NCBI GenBank assembly: GCA_964610875.1
Contig: CAZSWP010000048.1
Location: 1-25,800, forward strand
Direction: 5' to 3'
Origin: an uncultured archaeon
GTDB taxonomy: Archaea > Asgardarchaeota > Thorarchaeia > Thorarchaeales > Thorarchaeaceae
DNA: 25,800 nt
Shown: positions 17,679 through 25,800 of the stretch, one piece after another
How the letters are laid out: every line of letters begins with the position of its first letter
Numbering within the stretch: the stretch's first letter is position 1
Notes under the pieces: generated by a model
Seen by the model: the letters and a program-made list of their open reading frames with translations, nothing else
Database searches by the model: none
Told to the model about the DNA's origin: nothing
Translations under genes and position numbers: made by a program

Positions 17679-18071
17679 TCAGAAAATATTTTGGATTAAG
17701 TGAGCTGCTTCTTTTGCAGCTTTTCTAGCATCATTCAAAATCAATCCTAGCTTTGCATTTTCAGGTGCAGTGACTGTCAATAGGAACCCCTCACTGATAT
17801 ACACGGTAAGAGTGGTCCCAAGTGTACCTTGAATGATTATTGTCTTTAGTCTACCTTGTCGTAGAGTTTGAACTGTTTGGTCACCTACAGCTTGTATACT
17901 CGCAACCATTGCAGCAACAGAAACTTCTTCCACACCTGAATGAAAATAACTCACATAAGGAAGTCCTTCAACTGAGAAGATTGCTGCTCCAAGTATTGGT
18001 GACCTATTACTTAACTCCTTAAGCATGTCACGGAGGGGGCCCAATTCTTCAGTTGATGAACTTTGATTCAA
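17679..18071 (-). CDS. Roadblock/LC7 (MglB/LAMTOR-like) domain protein
   Basis: GAAIFSVEGLPY, VAAMVASI, GRLKTIIIQGTLG and AKLGLIL; SD GAGGT before TTG. Confidence 0.92.
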   Translation of the reverse strand: MNQSSSTEELGPLRDMLKELSNRSPILGAAIFSVEGLPYVSYFHSGVEEVSVAAMVASIQAVGDQTVQTLRQGRLKTIIIQGTLGTTLTVYISEGFLLTVTAPENAKLGLILNDARKAAKEAAHLIQNIF

Positions 18072-18127
18072 AGCTTTTACCTCTTATCTCCGAATTGCGT
18101 GGAATGTATTGAGATTGCTAGAGGCGC

Positions 18128-18142
18128 CTTTATACATTTTCC
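18128..18142 (-). promoter_or_regulatory. Putative BRE/TATA for the roadblock-nifB-like unit
   Basis: Minus strand GGAAAATGTATAAAG about 60 nt upstream of the roadblock start. Confidence 0.45.
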
Positions 18143-18162
18143 TAGCGTCTATAAATGGCTTT

Positions 18163-19176
18163 TCAATCTATTAACCGCACAGAGGTTATAGTATCAGAAT
18201 GGAGTAGTCTTGTTGGGGACTTCATAACTCTGAGAACATTGTCCGCCTCTTGATTAAGGCCATTTTCTCTTAGTAGGTCTACAAATTCAAAACCTGTGGT
18301 GATAGATAATCCCTTCAATGGTTTGCCTTTCTTGCACGACTCGAGAAGATCACGTGCATCTAGTAATCGGCAGGAGAGTTGGTTGCCAATATGTTTCTGT
18401 AAATGTCTAATTCCCTTCAGTGCAATACCTCTGTTCTCTCTTTGTTCCTCTGTGAAGTTCTTTCGTTTTGTGATATTTCTGAGTCTTTCAACACCTTGCT
18501 CGATTAATTCTTTTGCTTTTAATCTCGGACCATAAGCGTTTCTAACACTCTTTGTAGTGGTTGTTACCAACCATGATGTGCCAAATTCTTCCTGATATCG
18601 CATCCCTTTCAATATCTCGCTTTCACTAAGTAGAGTTATGGAGCGATATCCTTTGTACTCCACAGATATCGACCAGCTTTCATCTGGATGCTTTACCATA
18701 AGATCTGGTGTCAATCCGCCTCCTGTACTTGGAACAAATGTTTCCACTTTTGGAAACAGCCTCTTTGTGAGAGCTAAGAAAGCTTCATGGAACATATTAT
18801 GCCTAAGATTTCGTGCTTCCTGTGGATGTCTCAATCCTGCTTCTCTATAAAGTAGTGGCATCTCAAGTTTTTGTCCCGTTTTCTTCTTTACTTCACTTTT
18901 TGTAGTCAATCGTCCTTTGGCATGATTAGCTCTTACTAATCTGATAGCAGCTTCTAGACCAATTAATCGAAATACTTCTCTCCCTACATCTGCTCGTTTG
19001 ACCTTCTTCCCTTTTGCTTCCTCAGTAATTCTCTCTTCAGCTTCTTTTTCAGCCCAATTCACAACATCTTGAGCATCTGCACCAAGAATGGAGAGTATCG
19101 TTGCAATCTTGTTTTTGAGATTGTATTTTTTGATGTATTTCCTTAGGTCCTGTCCATACTTCATTCTGCGAGCCAC
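18163..19176 (-). CDS. PD-(D/E)XK restriction-endonuclease-fold protein
   Basis: Helix NMFHEAF, then LTPDLMV and ISVEYKG; very basic protein; SD GAGGA before GTG. Confidence 0.7.
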   Translation of the reverse strand: MARRMKYGQDLRKYIKKYNLKNKIATILSILGADAQDVVNWAEKEAEERITEEAKGKKVKRADVGREVFRLIGLEAAIRLVRANHAKGRLTTKSEVKKKTGQKLEMPLLYREAGLRHPQEARNLRHNMFHEAFLALTKRLFPKVETFVPSTGGGLTPDLMVKHPDESWSISVEYKGYRSITLLSESEILKGMRYQEEFGTSWLVTTTTKSVRNAYGPRLKAKELIEQGVERLRNITKRKNFTEEQRENRGIALKGIRHLQKHIGNQLSCRLLDARDLLESCKKGKPLKGLSITTGFEFVDLLRENGLNQEADNVLRVMKSPTRLLHSDTITSVRLID

Positions 19177-19225
19177 TGTTATCCTCTAATTGTTCCAAAA
19201 CCATTTTAGCTATATAGTATTTCCT

Positions 19226-19897
19226 TCATAGGATTTCTTTGATGAGCTTTACTTCCTGTGTTTCCTCATCGTACGAAACTAGTTCAGCATTCCTCAAATC
19301 GTATATAGCTTTCAGCACTGCGGTTGACATAATCCCTGTACTGGTTTCAATATTCTTCCTAGGAATTGCCGCTCCTGTATTGTGTAATGTGTATAGAACA
19401 CGAGCATGTGGCTTTCCTCCAAAGATGTTTTCTATTAGCATAATGTAAATGCCTAACAAATCACTCACATCTACTTTTTCCTCAAGTTTTTCTTTTTCTG
19501 CAGATGTTTCTCGATATAGCTCCGAAACTCGTTCAAGCTTTGTTGTTATCTCATCCATCTCACTTTTCAGATCATCTCTCTCTTTTATGATCTCTCCAAT
19601 TCTCTCTTCTAGTTGAGCCTCTGTATTTGAGATGTGTTCTTTCGTTTTCGCGAGTTCTGTATTCTTAGCTTCAATCTCAGATTCCAACTCTGAAATCTTC
19701 GTTTGCAGTTCCTCGACTTTCGCTTCTGTTTCTTTTACTTTCTCTTCAGCAGCCCAATTCTTTTCTTCAAATTCCCTTCGTGTCTTTCGAAGCTCATCTG
19801 CTTCTAATGAAAGTTTGTCGAGTTCATCAAAGAGTGCTTTACTCTTTTCCTTCAAACCATCAATTTGTTGTAAAAGTTCTTCCCTCTCGATAGCCAT
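19226..19897 (-). CDS. Coiled-coil protein with C-terminal winged helix
   Basis: About 140 aa of heptads, then KPHARVLYTLH..IPRKNIETSTGI..VLKAIYDLRNAELVSYDEETQEVKL; SD GAGGAG. Confidence 0.82.
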   Translation of the reverse strand: MAIEREELLQQIDGLKEKSKALFDELDKLSLEADELRKTRREFEEKNWAAEEKVKETEAKVEELQTKISELESEIEAKNTELAKTKEHISNTEAQLEERIGEIIKERDDLKSEMDEITTKLERVSELYRETSAEKEKLEEKVDVSDLLGIYIMLIENIFGGKPHARVLYTLHNTGAAIPRKNIETSTGIMSTAVLKAIYDLRNAELVSYDEETQEVKLIKEIL

Positions 19898-19933
19898 GGT
19901 CTTCTCCTCAAGTATGCAGTTATGCGTTCTACC

Positions 19934-21079
19934 TTAAATGAGTTTCACATCATAAGATCTTGCCTTTTCCTTGATATAATGTATGTATGTCTTCTTCAAT
20001 TCAGCTAGTGGTAAACCAAATGCTTTGAATGCTTCAAGTTCTCCTTTTCTCTTCTTCTTTAGTAGAAGCTCGTTCTCATGTTTCAAGATAGGATTCTTTG
20101 AAATAGCTGGAATGTTCTGATTCTGCTTGGCACAACGGATATCTGATTTTGACATCTTTTCAAGTGAATGTTCAATTGAGTTCAACATGCCTTTACGATC
20201 CCAGAAATCATCCGTAGTGATTCCTATTAGTTTTGCATCCGGTGTGGCAAGTCCTCTGATATTTGCTAATTCAATGGAATTGGATTGTATTGTTGAGAAT
20301 ATTCTCAGAGACCAAGGTGACATATCAACCAATACAAAGATTGGTACGCCTTGTTCTGAAAGGCGACGTATCCATGCTCTCATATTTCTACCTGGCTGAC
20401 CAAAGAGTGAACCAATACCAACTTTCATACTCTCAGCTAAACCCAACTCAATCAGGTTTCTCGCCATTGCTTCCTTTTCAACAAAGATTGCTGCATCGAT
20501 ATTGATATCGTGAATTTTTGCTTCATAAGGCCTACTAGAAATGAACCACCCATACTCTCCCGATGACGAGCAATTGAGTTGTTTTCCTGATAGATCGGTG
20601 AGTGTCACGTCGCCATAGAAAGTTCCTTTTGGAGAGCTGACGACTCCAAATTCTTCCCTGGGGACAGAGCCACCTTTAATTCTTAGAATTCGCTCACAGA
20701 GATTGATGAGTCTATTAGTTTCATTTTGGTGCGAAATATCAAGTACATCTTGAACCTCTCTTACCTTGTGCATGTAATAGAAATCTCTCAGTGACATTGA
20801 CATCCCTTGATCGAGGTGTTCCTGAAATCTTGTTAGTGCATATGCTAGAGAAGCTATCGTCTTTGCACTCTCTACTTTTCTGCCATCAAGAAAAGATGCA
20901 TTACTGTCAACATGTTGATACCCCATTTCCTGATTATAATCTACATTCTTTTTGGAGGAACCAAAGTATCCAATCTCTGGAAATACACCATCCTCTACCG
21001 TTTCTGCAATAGTATCTAGAATGGTGTCTATTAGACCCAAGACCTTTTCGTGTGATATTTCAGAACTGAAAGATGCCAT
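19934..21079 (-). CDS. top6A: DNA topoisomerase VI subunit A (Spo11-like), divergent
   Basis: SLRDFYY catalytic Tyr region, PKGTFYG, TOPRIM FVEKEA, GQP, KGELEA; 1-nt overlap with top6B. Confidence 0.9.
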   Translation of the reverse strand: MASFSSEISHEKVLGLIDTILDTIAETVEDGVFPEIGYFGSSKKNVDYNQEMGYQHVDSNASFLDGRKVESAKTIASLAYALTRFQEHLDQGMSMSLRDFYYMHKVREVQDVLDISHQNETNRLINLCERILRIKGGSVPREEFGVVSSPKGTFYGDVTLTDLSGKQLNCSSSGEYGWFISSRPYEAKIHDINIDAAIFVEKEAMARNLIELGLAESMKVGIGSLFGQPGRNMRAWIRRLSEQGVPIFVLVDMSPWSLRIFSTIQSNSIELANIRGLATPDAKLIGITTDDFWDRKGMLNSIEHSLEKMSKSDIRCAKQNQNIPAISKNPILKHENELLLKKKRKGELEAFKAFGLPLAELKKTYIHYIKEKARSYDVKLI

Positions 21080-22611
21080 TAATATCCCTCCTCTGGAAAG
21101 AGTGTACGATGTGTTACTGGACGGCCTACTGATTCAGAGAGTATTGTCGCCAGAAAATCATAATACTTCTCTAGCTTATTTTCGCGCTTTTTTCTTTGCT
21201 GCACTCTTTTCTTTCTACGTACCTGTTCACCAAGTCTACGAAGACAATCCTTGAACCCTAAATCTATCTCCCTTCTGACAATATCAACATCAGCAATGTA
21301 TTCTTTTCCTACAGTCTTGTAAGGTACTTTTGTCGAGCAGAGGTGTACAACAAATGCAAGTGGATCGTCTGTATTAAGAGCATAATTTTTCAAGTTCATC
21401 TCTCGTAGGATTCTACTACTGACATCTGAGCTCTCATCGTAAAGTAAAGGTATGCGGTTTGCAAACCTGTAGAGTTTCATGCCTGAACTGATCTCTCCAC
21501 CATAAGCAACACCTGTTTCAATAATGAACGGGTGCCCCTCATGTACTGATGGCGATCTTTTTTTGATGACCATTACTTCAGGGTTCAATCGCTGCATCCC
21601 TGCCCTCAAAACATCTTCTCCAGCTGGAGATAATGACTTTGATGAAGGTGCCATGAATCCATCATGAGATTCAAAAATGCGCATGAGTCCAACAAGTTCA
21701 TCGTCAGTTAATTCATGAGGATGTTTTGACCCATCGAGTTTTGATAGTTCTATAATATCATCTGCAGTTGCAGGACCTACCTTTTGAAATGAACGCTTCA
21801 AAAAGGTGCTGAGATTTTCAGCTCTCGTCTTGGAAATGATATTCTTTAGCATCTCCACATCCACACCTCTCGGGTGTGGTTTGGTCTTTTTCGGTGTTCG
21901 AGGAATCTTTTCAATAAGTCTCTTGTAATGATAGGTTTCTTCATCTGGAGTATCAAAGCGCATCGCTGCATAAGGGACAATCATGCTTGTCTGATTGAAA
22001 TACTCGATTATTCTTCTCTTACTTCTTAACCAATCTCCCTGAAGGTAATATGTAATGTCTGTGCCATGAACATCGAGTGGTTTTGGTAATTTTGCTTCTT
22101 CAAGAATTATGGGTTCATTCTTCTCAATGTCAAGCTTCAACACTATCTTCGTAAAATCAGATGCACCTTTCCTGCCTGTTGTAACTGTTATAGGTCTTTG
22201 AGTTGTTACTTGACCATAGAGAAGAGCCAGACTACCGCCTAGTCCAAATGTTCCCCGACTCTGTTTTAGAGAATACTTTGTGCCTGTTAGCATTTTGCCA
22301 ATTAGCTTTGTAATGTCTTTCTTTGAGATTCCTTCTCCATTATCAGAAACACTCAGCTGATACACTCTGGGTCCGGAACTGATTCCTAATGCTTCCTCGT
22401 CTTCTGAGCTATAATCAGTCAATCTCACTCTAACATCAGGAAAAACGCGAATAGTTTCAGCAGCATCAAGACTATTTTCAACTAGCTCCCTAATAGACAC
22501 ATAGAGCGATCTTGCTGGATTATCGAATCCTGCGATTGTTCTATTCCTATAGAACCATGCTGATACAGATAATTCAACTACTTGGTCAATGGACTCGGGT
22601 ACATTATACAA
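21079..22611 (-). CDS. top6B: DNA topoisomerase VI subunit B
   Basis: GHKL motifs RELVENSLDA, DNGEG, QSRG..GLG; KPHPRGVD; H2TH FQKVG; transducer RFANRIPLLYD and KVPYKTVGKE. Confidence 0.96.
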   Translation of the reverse strand: MYNVPESIDQVVELSVSAWFYRNRTIAGFDNPARSLYVSIRELVENSLDAAETIRVFPDVRVRLTDYSSEDEEALGISSGPRVYQLSVSDNGEGISKKDITKLIGKMLTGTKYSLKQSRGTFGLGGSLALLYGQVTTQRPITVTTGRKGASDFTKIVLKLDIEKNEPIILEEAKLPKPLDVHGTDITYYLQGDWLRSKRRIIEYFNQTSMIVPYAAMRFDTPDEETYHYKRLIEKIPRTPKKTKPHPRGVDVEMLKNIISKTRAENLSTFLKRSFQKVGPATADDIIELSKLDGSKHPHELTDDELVGLMRIFESHDGFMAPSSKSLSPAGEDVLRAGMQRLNPEVMVIKKRSPSVHEGHPFIIETGVAYGGEISSGMKLYRFANRIPLLYDESSDVSSRILREMNLKNYALNTDDPLAFVVHLCSTKVPYKTVGKEYIADVDIVRREIDLGFKDCLRRLGEQVRRKKRVQQRKKRENKLEKYYDFLATILSESVGRPVTHRTLFPEEGY

Positions 22612-22698
22612 TTGAGAATTCCCTCACTTGTTTGCAGTATCCTCTGTATATTCTGACACTATGAATACCAGTATTACTTGGAGAATATTGAATTAACT

Positions 22699-23592
22699 CT
22701 AAATTACAAGATATCCAATTATTAGAAGTATTATCAATCCTATACTGACTGAGAGCCAAATTCTCTGATTCCATCTTCTTACAGTGGCCCCATCAAACGG
22801 TCCCAAAGGAATCATGTTGAATAATGCAAGGGTTGCATTCAGAATAATCAGATTTCTTGCAATGAATATGATCCCAATAGGGATCATGATTGCTGTCAAT
22901 GCACTGCCCAGAATGATAACGGTAGTAAATAGTGCAATTATGAAATTTGATAATGGGCCTGCTAGATTCACTTTTCCTTCTTCATCTAGATTTCTGGCTC
23001 CACTAGTGAATACAATGCCTGTACCAAAAATAGGGATGGAAAACAAAATTGCGATTGCTGAGAGATAATAACCAGAATTCACCATTCGGAATTCTGCCCA
23101 CATCCCATAATGCTGTGCAGTAAACTTGTGTGCAAATTCATGAATGAAATATGCTAGTAAAAATGTGCTGATTAACGTTACAGGTACCCACCAAAGATCA
23201 CTGGCAATAAATTGATACACAACAAAGATACCCGCAAAGATACTGAATCCTCCTGTCCATTGAGCATGTAATGAAATGCCTACTAGAATGACCAGAATAG
23301 CTGAGATAGTTAGGTCTCGTTTCTCTGTTTGTGAGAAGCGTTTTCTTCTCCTAGGTTTTTGTCTTCTGTTGCTATCTTTTTTTCGTGGAAATGATATTCT
23401 TCGCAGGAATGATTGTTCTTTTTCAGATTCTGGAAATGAGTCTCCAACTTTCTTTTTTGCTCGCTCTCTTGCTTGTTGCATTCCTGGACAACCATGACTC
23501 TCAGGTAATCTGTGCTCACTACAGTATTGGCCATTACAGTAGGGGCATGAGAAGCAAAGGTCTTCCCTTCCGCAAAGAGAACATTCTGTCAT
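22699..23592 (-). CDS. AN1-type Zn-finger fused to an M50 (site-2 protease family) membrane metalloprotease
   Basis: CSLC..CPYCNGQYCSEHRLPESHGC; HEFAHK, LAGPLSN, FNMIPLGPFDG; several TM helices; start at MTECS. Confidence 0.9.
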   Translation of the reverse strand: MTECSLCGREDLCFSCPYCNGQYCSEHRLPESHGCPGMQQARERAKKKVGDSFPESEKEQSFLRRISFPRKKDSNRRQKPRRRKRFSQTEKRDLTISAILVILVGISLHAQWTGGFSIFAGIFVVYQFIASDLWWVPVTLISTFLLAYFIHEFAHKFTAQHYGMWAEFRMVNSGYYLSAIAILFSIPIFGTGIVFTSGARNLDEEGKVNLAGPLSNFIIALFTTVIILGSALTAIMIPIGIIFIARNLIILNATLALFNMIPLGPFDGATVRRWNQRIWLSVSIGLIILLIIGYLVI

Positions 23593-23770
23593 TCTTGGAC
23601 TCACTCTGACAAACTCATTTACTTTGGATGAATTCAGAGCATTTTCTACATCATGGCACAAAAGGATATCTCTACTGGCTATTTTCTATATTTCTACATT
23701 AAGGCAAAACCTTAAGTGCTGTATTCCGGTTCGACGCTCCCGGCAAAGGCTCTTGTCGGAGAGAATTTTA

Positions 23771-25177
23771 TTGGATTATGATGTTGCCATTGTTGGAAGT
23801 GGCCCTGCTGGAATTTTCTGTGCACTTGAGTTGATTTCGCACAAACCGGACCTGAAAATTATTATAATCGAGAAAGGCAAAGCAATCGAGAAACGTCAGT
23901 GCCCCAATAGCAGAGAAGCTAGAGGTTGTGCTAAATGTAATCCTTGTGCGATTCTTGCTGGATGGGGTGGTGCTGGTGCTTTTTCTGATGGTAAACTGAC
24001 AATCTCTACTCGAGTTGGTGGATGGCTTGATGAGTTTATGTCATCCGAGAAATTAATGGAACTCATAAAGTATGTTGATTCTCTCTACATAAAGTACGGA
24101 GCTCCAAAGAAGATTTATGGTGACAATATTGATGACATTGAAGAGTACTCTCGGAGAGCCGCATTGAATGGTTTGGAACTCATTCCACAAGAAGTCCGTC
24201 ATATGGGACGAGAAGGAAATATCGATGTTATGGGAGGCATGTATTCATTCATAGAAAAACATGCAGAAATTAGATTTCAAACCGAAGCGAAGGACATCCA
24301 TATCAACGGACATGCAGTTCAAGGGCTAGAAACAAATGGTGGCAATCTTCTCAAGGCACGTTATGTTGTTGCAGCTCCTGGTCGTGTGGGAAACAAGTGG
24401 TTGTCTGACCAAGCGAATAGACTAGAACTTCACAAAGAGAACAACTATGTGGATATTGGCGTAAGAATTGAAATTCCTGAACCTGTGATGGCAGACATTG
24501 CAGGAAAATTATACGAACCCAAGTTAGTATATTATTCAAAACGCTTTGATGACAAAGTGAGACTGTTCTGCTTCAATCCTGGTGGATATGTCACAAGTGA
24601 ATACTATGATGATATCCTAACTGTCAATGGACAATCTTTTGCTAAGAAGAAGACCGCGAATACTAACTTTGCTTTGCTCGTTTCTACTAGATTTACTGAT
24701 CCATTTAATTCTCCAATTTCATATGGACAATCTATTGCTCATCTCGCAAATATGCTTGGAGATGGCGTACTGGTTCAACGGCTTGCTGATCTGCGGCGTG
24801 GAAAAAGAAGCACTTCTGAACGTATTGCAAGAAGCCCTGTCAAACCAACACTCCCAAGTGCTTGCCCTGGAGACCTCAGTTTTGCATTACCCTACCGACA
24901 TCTCTCTTCTATTCTTGAGATGCTGAATGCACTGGATAGACTCTGTCCGGGTGTTGCTGGGGATGGGACTTTATTGTATGGTGTAGAGGTCAAATTCTAT
25001 TCTTCTCGACTCAAGTTGAATGAACATCTTGAAACAGCTGTTGACAATCTCTATGCTGCAGGAGATGGTGCGGGTGTCACTCGCGGACTGATGCAGGCGT
25101 CTGTTTCAGGTGTTATGATTGCTCGCGATATTCTCCGGAAAGAGGGAGTGAGTGAAAAAGAGTTTGACATTTCCTAA
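23771..25177 (+). CDS. NAD(P)/FAD-dependent oxidoreductase (COG2509-like)
   Basis: YDVAIVGSGPAG, GWGGAGAFSDGKL, VDIGVRIE, VNGQS, LYGVEVKFYS and GDGAGVTRGL; TTG start at 23771 preferred over 23624. Confidence 0.9.
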   Translation: MDYDVAIVGSGPAGIFCALELISHKPDLKIIIIEKGKAIEKRQCPNSREARGCAKCNPCAILAGWGGAGAFSDGKLTISTRVGGWLDEFMSSEKLMELIKYVDSLYIKYGAPKKIYGDNIDDIEEYSRRAALNGLELIPQEVRHMGREGNIDVMGGMYSFIEKHAEIRFQTEAKDIHINGHAVQGLETNGGNLLKARYVVAAPGRVGNKWLSDQANRLELHKENNYVDIGVRIEIPEPVMADIAGKLYEPKLVYYSKRFDDKVRLFCFNPGGYVTSEYYDDILTVNGQSFAKKKTANTNFALLVSTRFTDPFNSPISYGQSIAHLANMLGDGVLVQRLADLRRGKRSTSERIARSPVKPTLPSACPGDLSFALPYRHLSSILEMLNALDRLCPGVAGDGTLLYGVEVKFYSSRLKLNEHLETAVDNLYAAGDGAGVTRGLMQASVSGVMIARDILRKEGVSEKEFDIS

Positions 25178-25187
25178 AACTTATATA
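25176..25187 (+). promoter_or_regulatory. Putative BRE/TATA box upstream of the hsp20 leader
   Basis: AAAAC-TTATATA with TATA at 25181-25187. Confidence 0.55.
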
Positions 25188-25200
25188 CCAAAAGGTCCCT

Positions 25201-25307
25201 AGTCACTAGTGAACAACTGGTCCATAGTTGTGACCTATACGCACACATGTGCAGAAGGAGCCCTTCAGTGACTCAAATACAGGGCGGTGGCCCCGCCCAT
25301 GGGCTCC
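25201..25307 (+). other. Structured GC-rich leader or candidate ncRNA upstream of hsp20
   Basis: Several perfect stems: AGTCACT/AGTGACT, ACAACT/AGTTGT, GAAGG/CCTTC, GGGCGG/CCGCCC, GGAGCCC/GGGCTCC. Confidence 0.45.
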
Positions 25308-25327
25308 CCAATGAGAGGCTGTAATAT

Positions 25328-25753
25328 ATGATTGATGACGATTTTGATAAGATAATGCGCCGCATGCTTGAAAACTTCTTTGGAAGTTCTTTTGATGGCA
25401 ATAATAGCGGCAGAATTCACATGAGGCTTGGACCAAATGCAGGGATGCCTGTACAAGATGAAATGACGAACCAAGCAAATGTAGAAGAGATTGAACTTGA
25501 TGATTCATACTTAGTAGTAATAGATGGTATCCCAGATGACGAATTAGTGGAAGTAAGCGTGCAGGGGACAGAGCTTTTAGTTTCCCTTGTTGAAAGTGAA
25601 GAAAATGACTTGAAGATAACCCTCCCTTATCCAATTGACATTAGGGAATCATCAATGTCCCAAATTAACGGAATAATTGAAATTAGTTTGAAGAAATCTA
25701 TTAATGAAGAAAATAGTTCTGCGAATGGTTTGGCTATTATCAAGAGAGAATAA
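25328..25753 (+). CDS. Small heat-shock protein (Hsp20/alpha-crystallin family)
   Basis: N-terminal FDKIMRRMLENFF; VEEIELDDSYLVVI; ITLPYPID..INGIIEISLKK. Confidence 0.85.
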   Translation: MIDDDFDKIMRRMLENFFGSSFDGNNSGRIHMRLGPNAGMPVQDEMTNQANVEEIELDDSYLVVIDGIPDDELVEVSVQGTELLVSLVESEENDLKITLPYPIDIRESSMSQINGIIEISLKKSINEENSSANGLAIIKRE

Positions 25754-25800
25754 TTTAGGTGAATAGATAAATGTCCGAAGATATGATTAAATTAAAAGTA

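Noticed and set aside
23726-23743. CCGGTTCGACGCTCCCGG resembles a tRNA T-arm
   Set aside because: The loop length is wrong and no acceptor, D or anticodon arms can be built; it lies in a promoter/5' region
25201-25277. 73-nt cloverleaf-sized fold with a 7-bp closing stem as a tRNA
   Set aside because: No TTC T-loop or D-loop GG in the right place and the arm spacing is wrong; kept only as a structured leader
526-25634. Numerous 60-166 aa antisense or alternate-frame ORFs
   Set aside because: They are shadows of well-supported genes, with no motifs of their own

Overview
Gene-dense archaeal chromosomal segment. It is very probably from an Asgard archaeon (Thorarchaeia-like), given a roadblock protein, longin-domain proteins, an AN1 Zn-finger fusion, topoisomerase VI and TATA/BRE-type promoters; this taxonomy is an inference. 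Left to right: a glycan-modification cluster (GT4, GT2, PIG-L deacetylase, ATP-grasp, HAD phosphatase); a GlcD/GlcF-type FAD/Fe-S oxidoreductase pair with an SCP2-like tail; Alg14-like; an RdgC-fold-like orphan; a C-GCAxxG-C-C protein; a PD-(D/E)XK nuclease; a transglutaminase-like protein; a coiled-coil+winged-helix protein; AmrS; two tandem longin+winged-helix paralogs resembling GATOR1 NPRL2/NPRL3; a divergent NifB-like radical SAM coupled to a roadblock gene; a second PD-(D/E)XK nuclease; top6B-top6A followed by a second coiled-coil+winged-helix gene; an AN1-M50 protease; an FAD oxidoreductase; and Hsp20 with a structured leader. I found no rRNA, tRNA, CRISPR array or transposase. The best candidates for new biology are the NPRL2/3-like pair next to roadblock+NifB-like genes, the top6B-top6A(DxS)-coiled-coil/WH unit, and the RdgC/CENP-N-fold-like protein. 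All homology calls are by-eye motif comparisons from memory; no searches were run.
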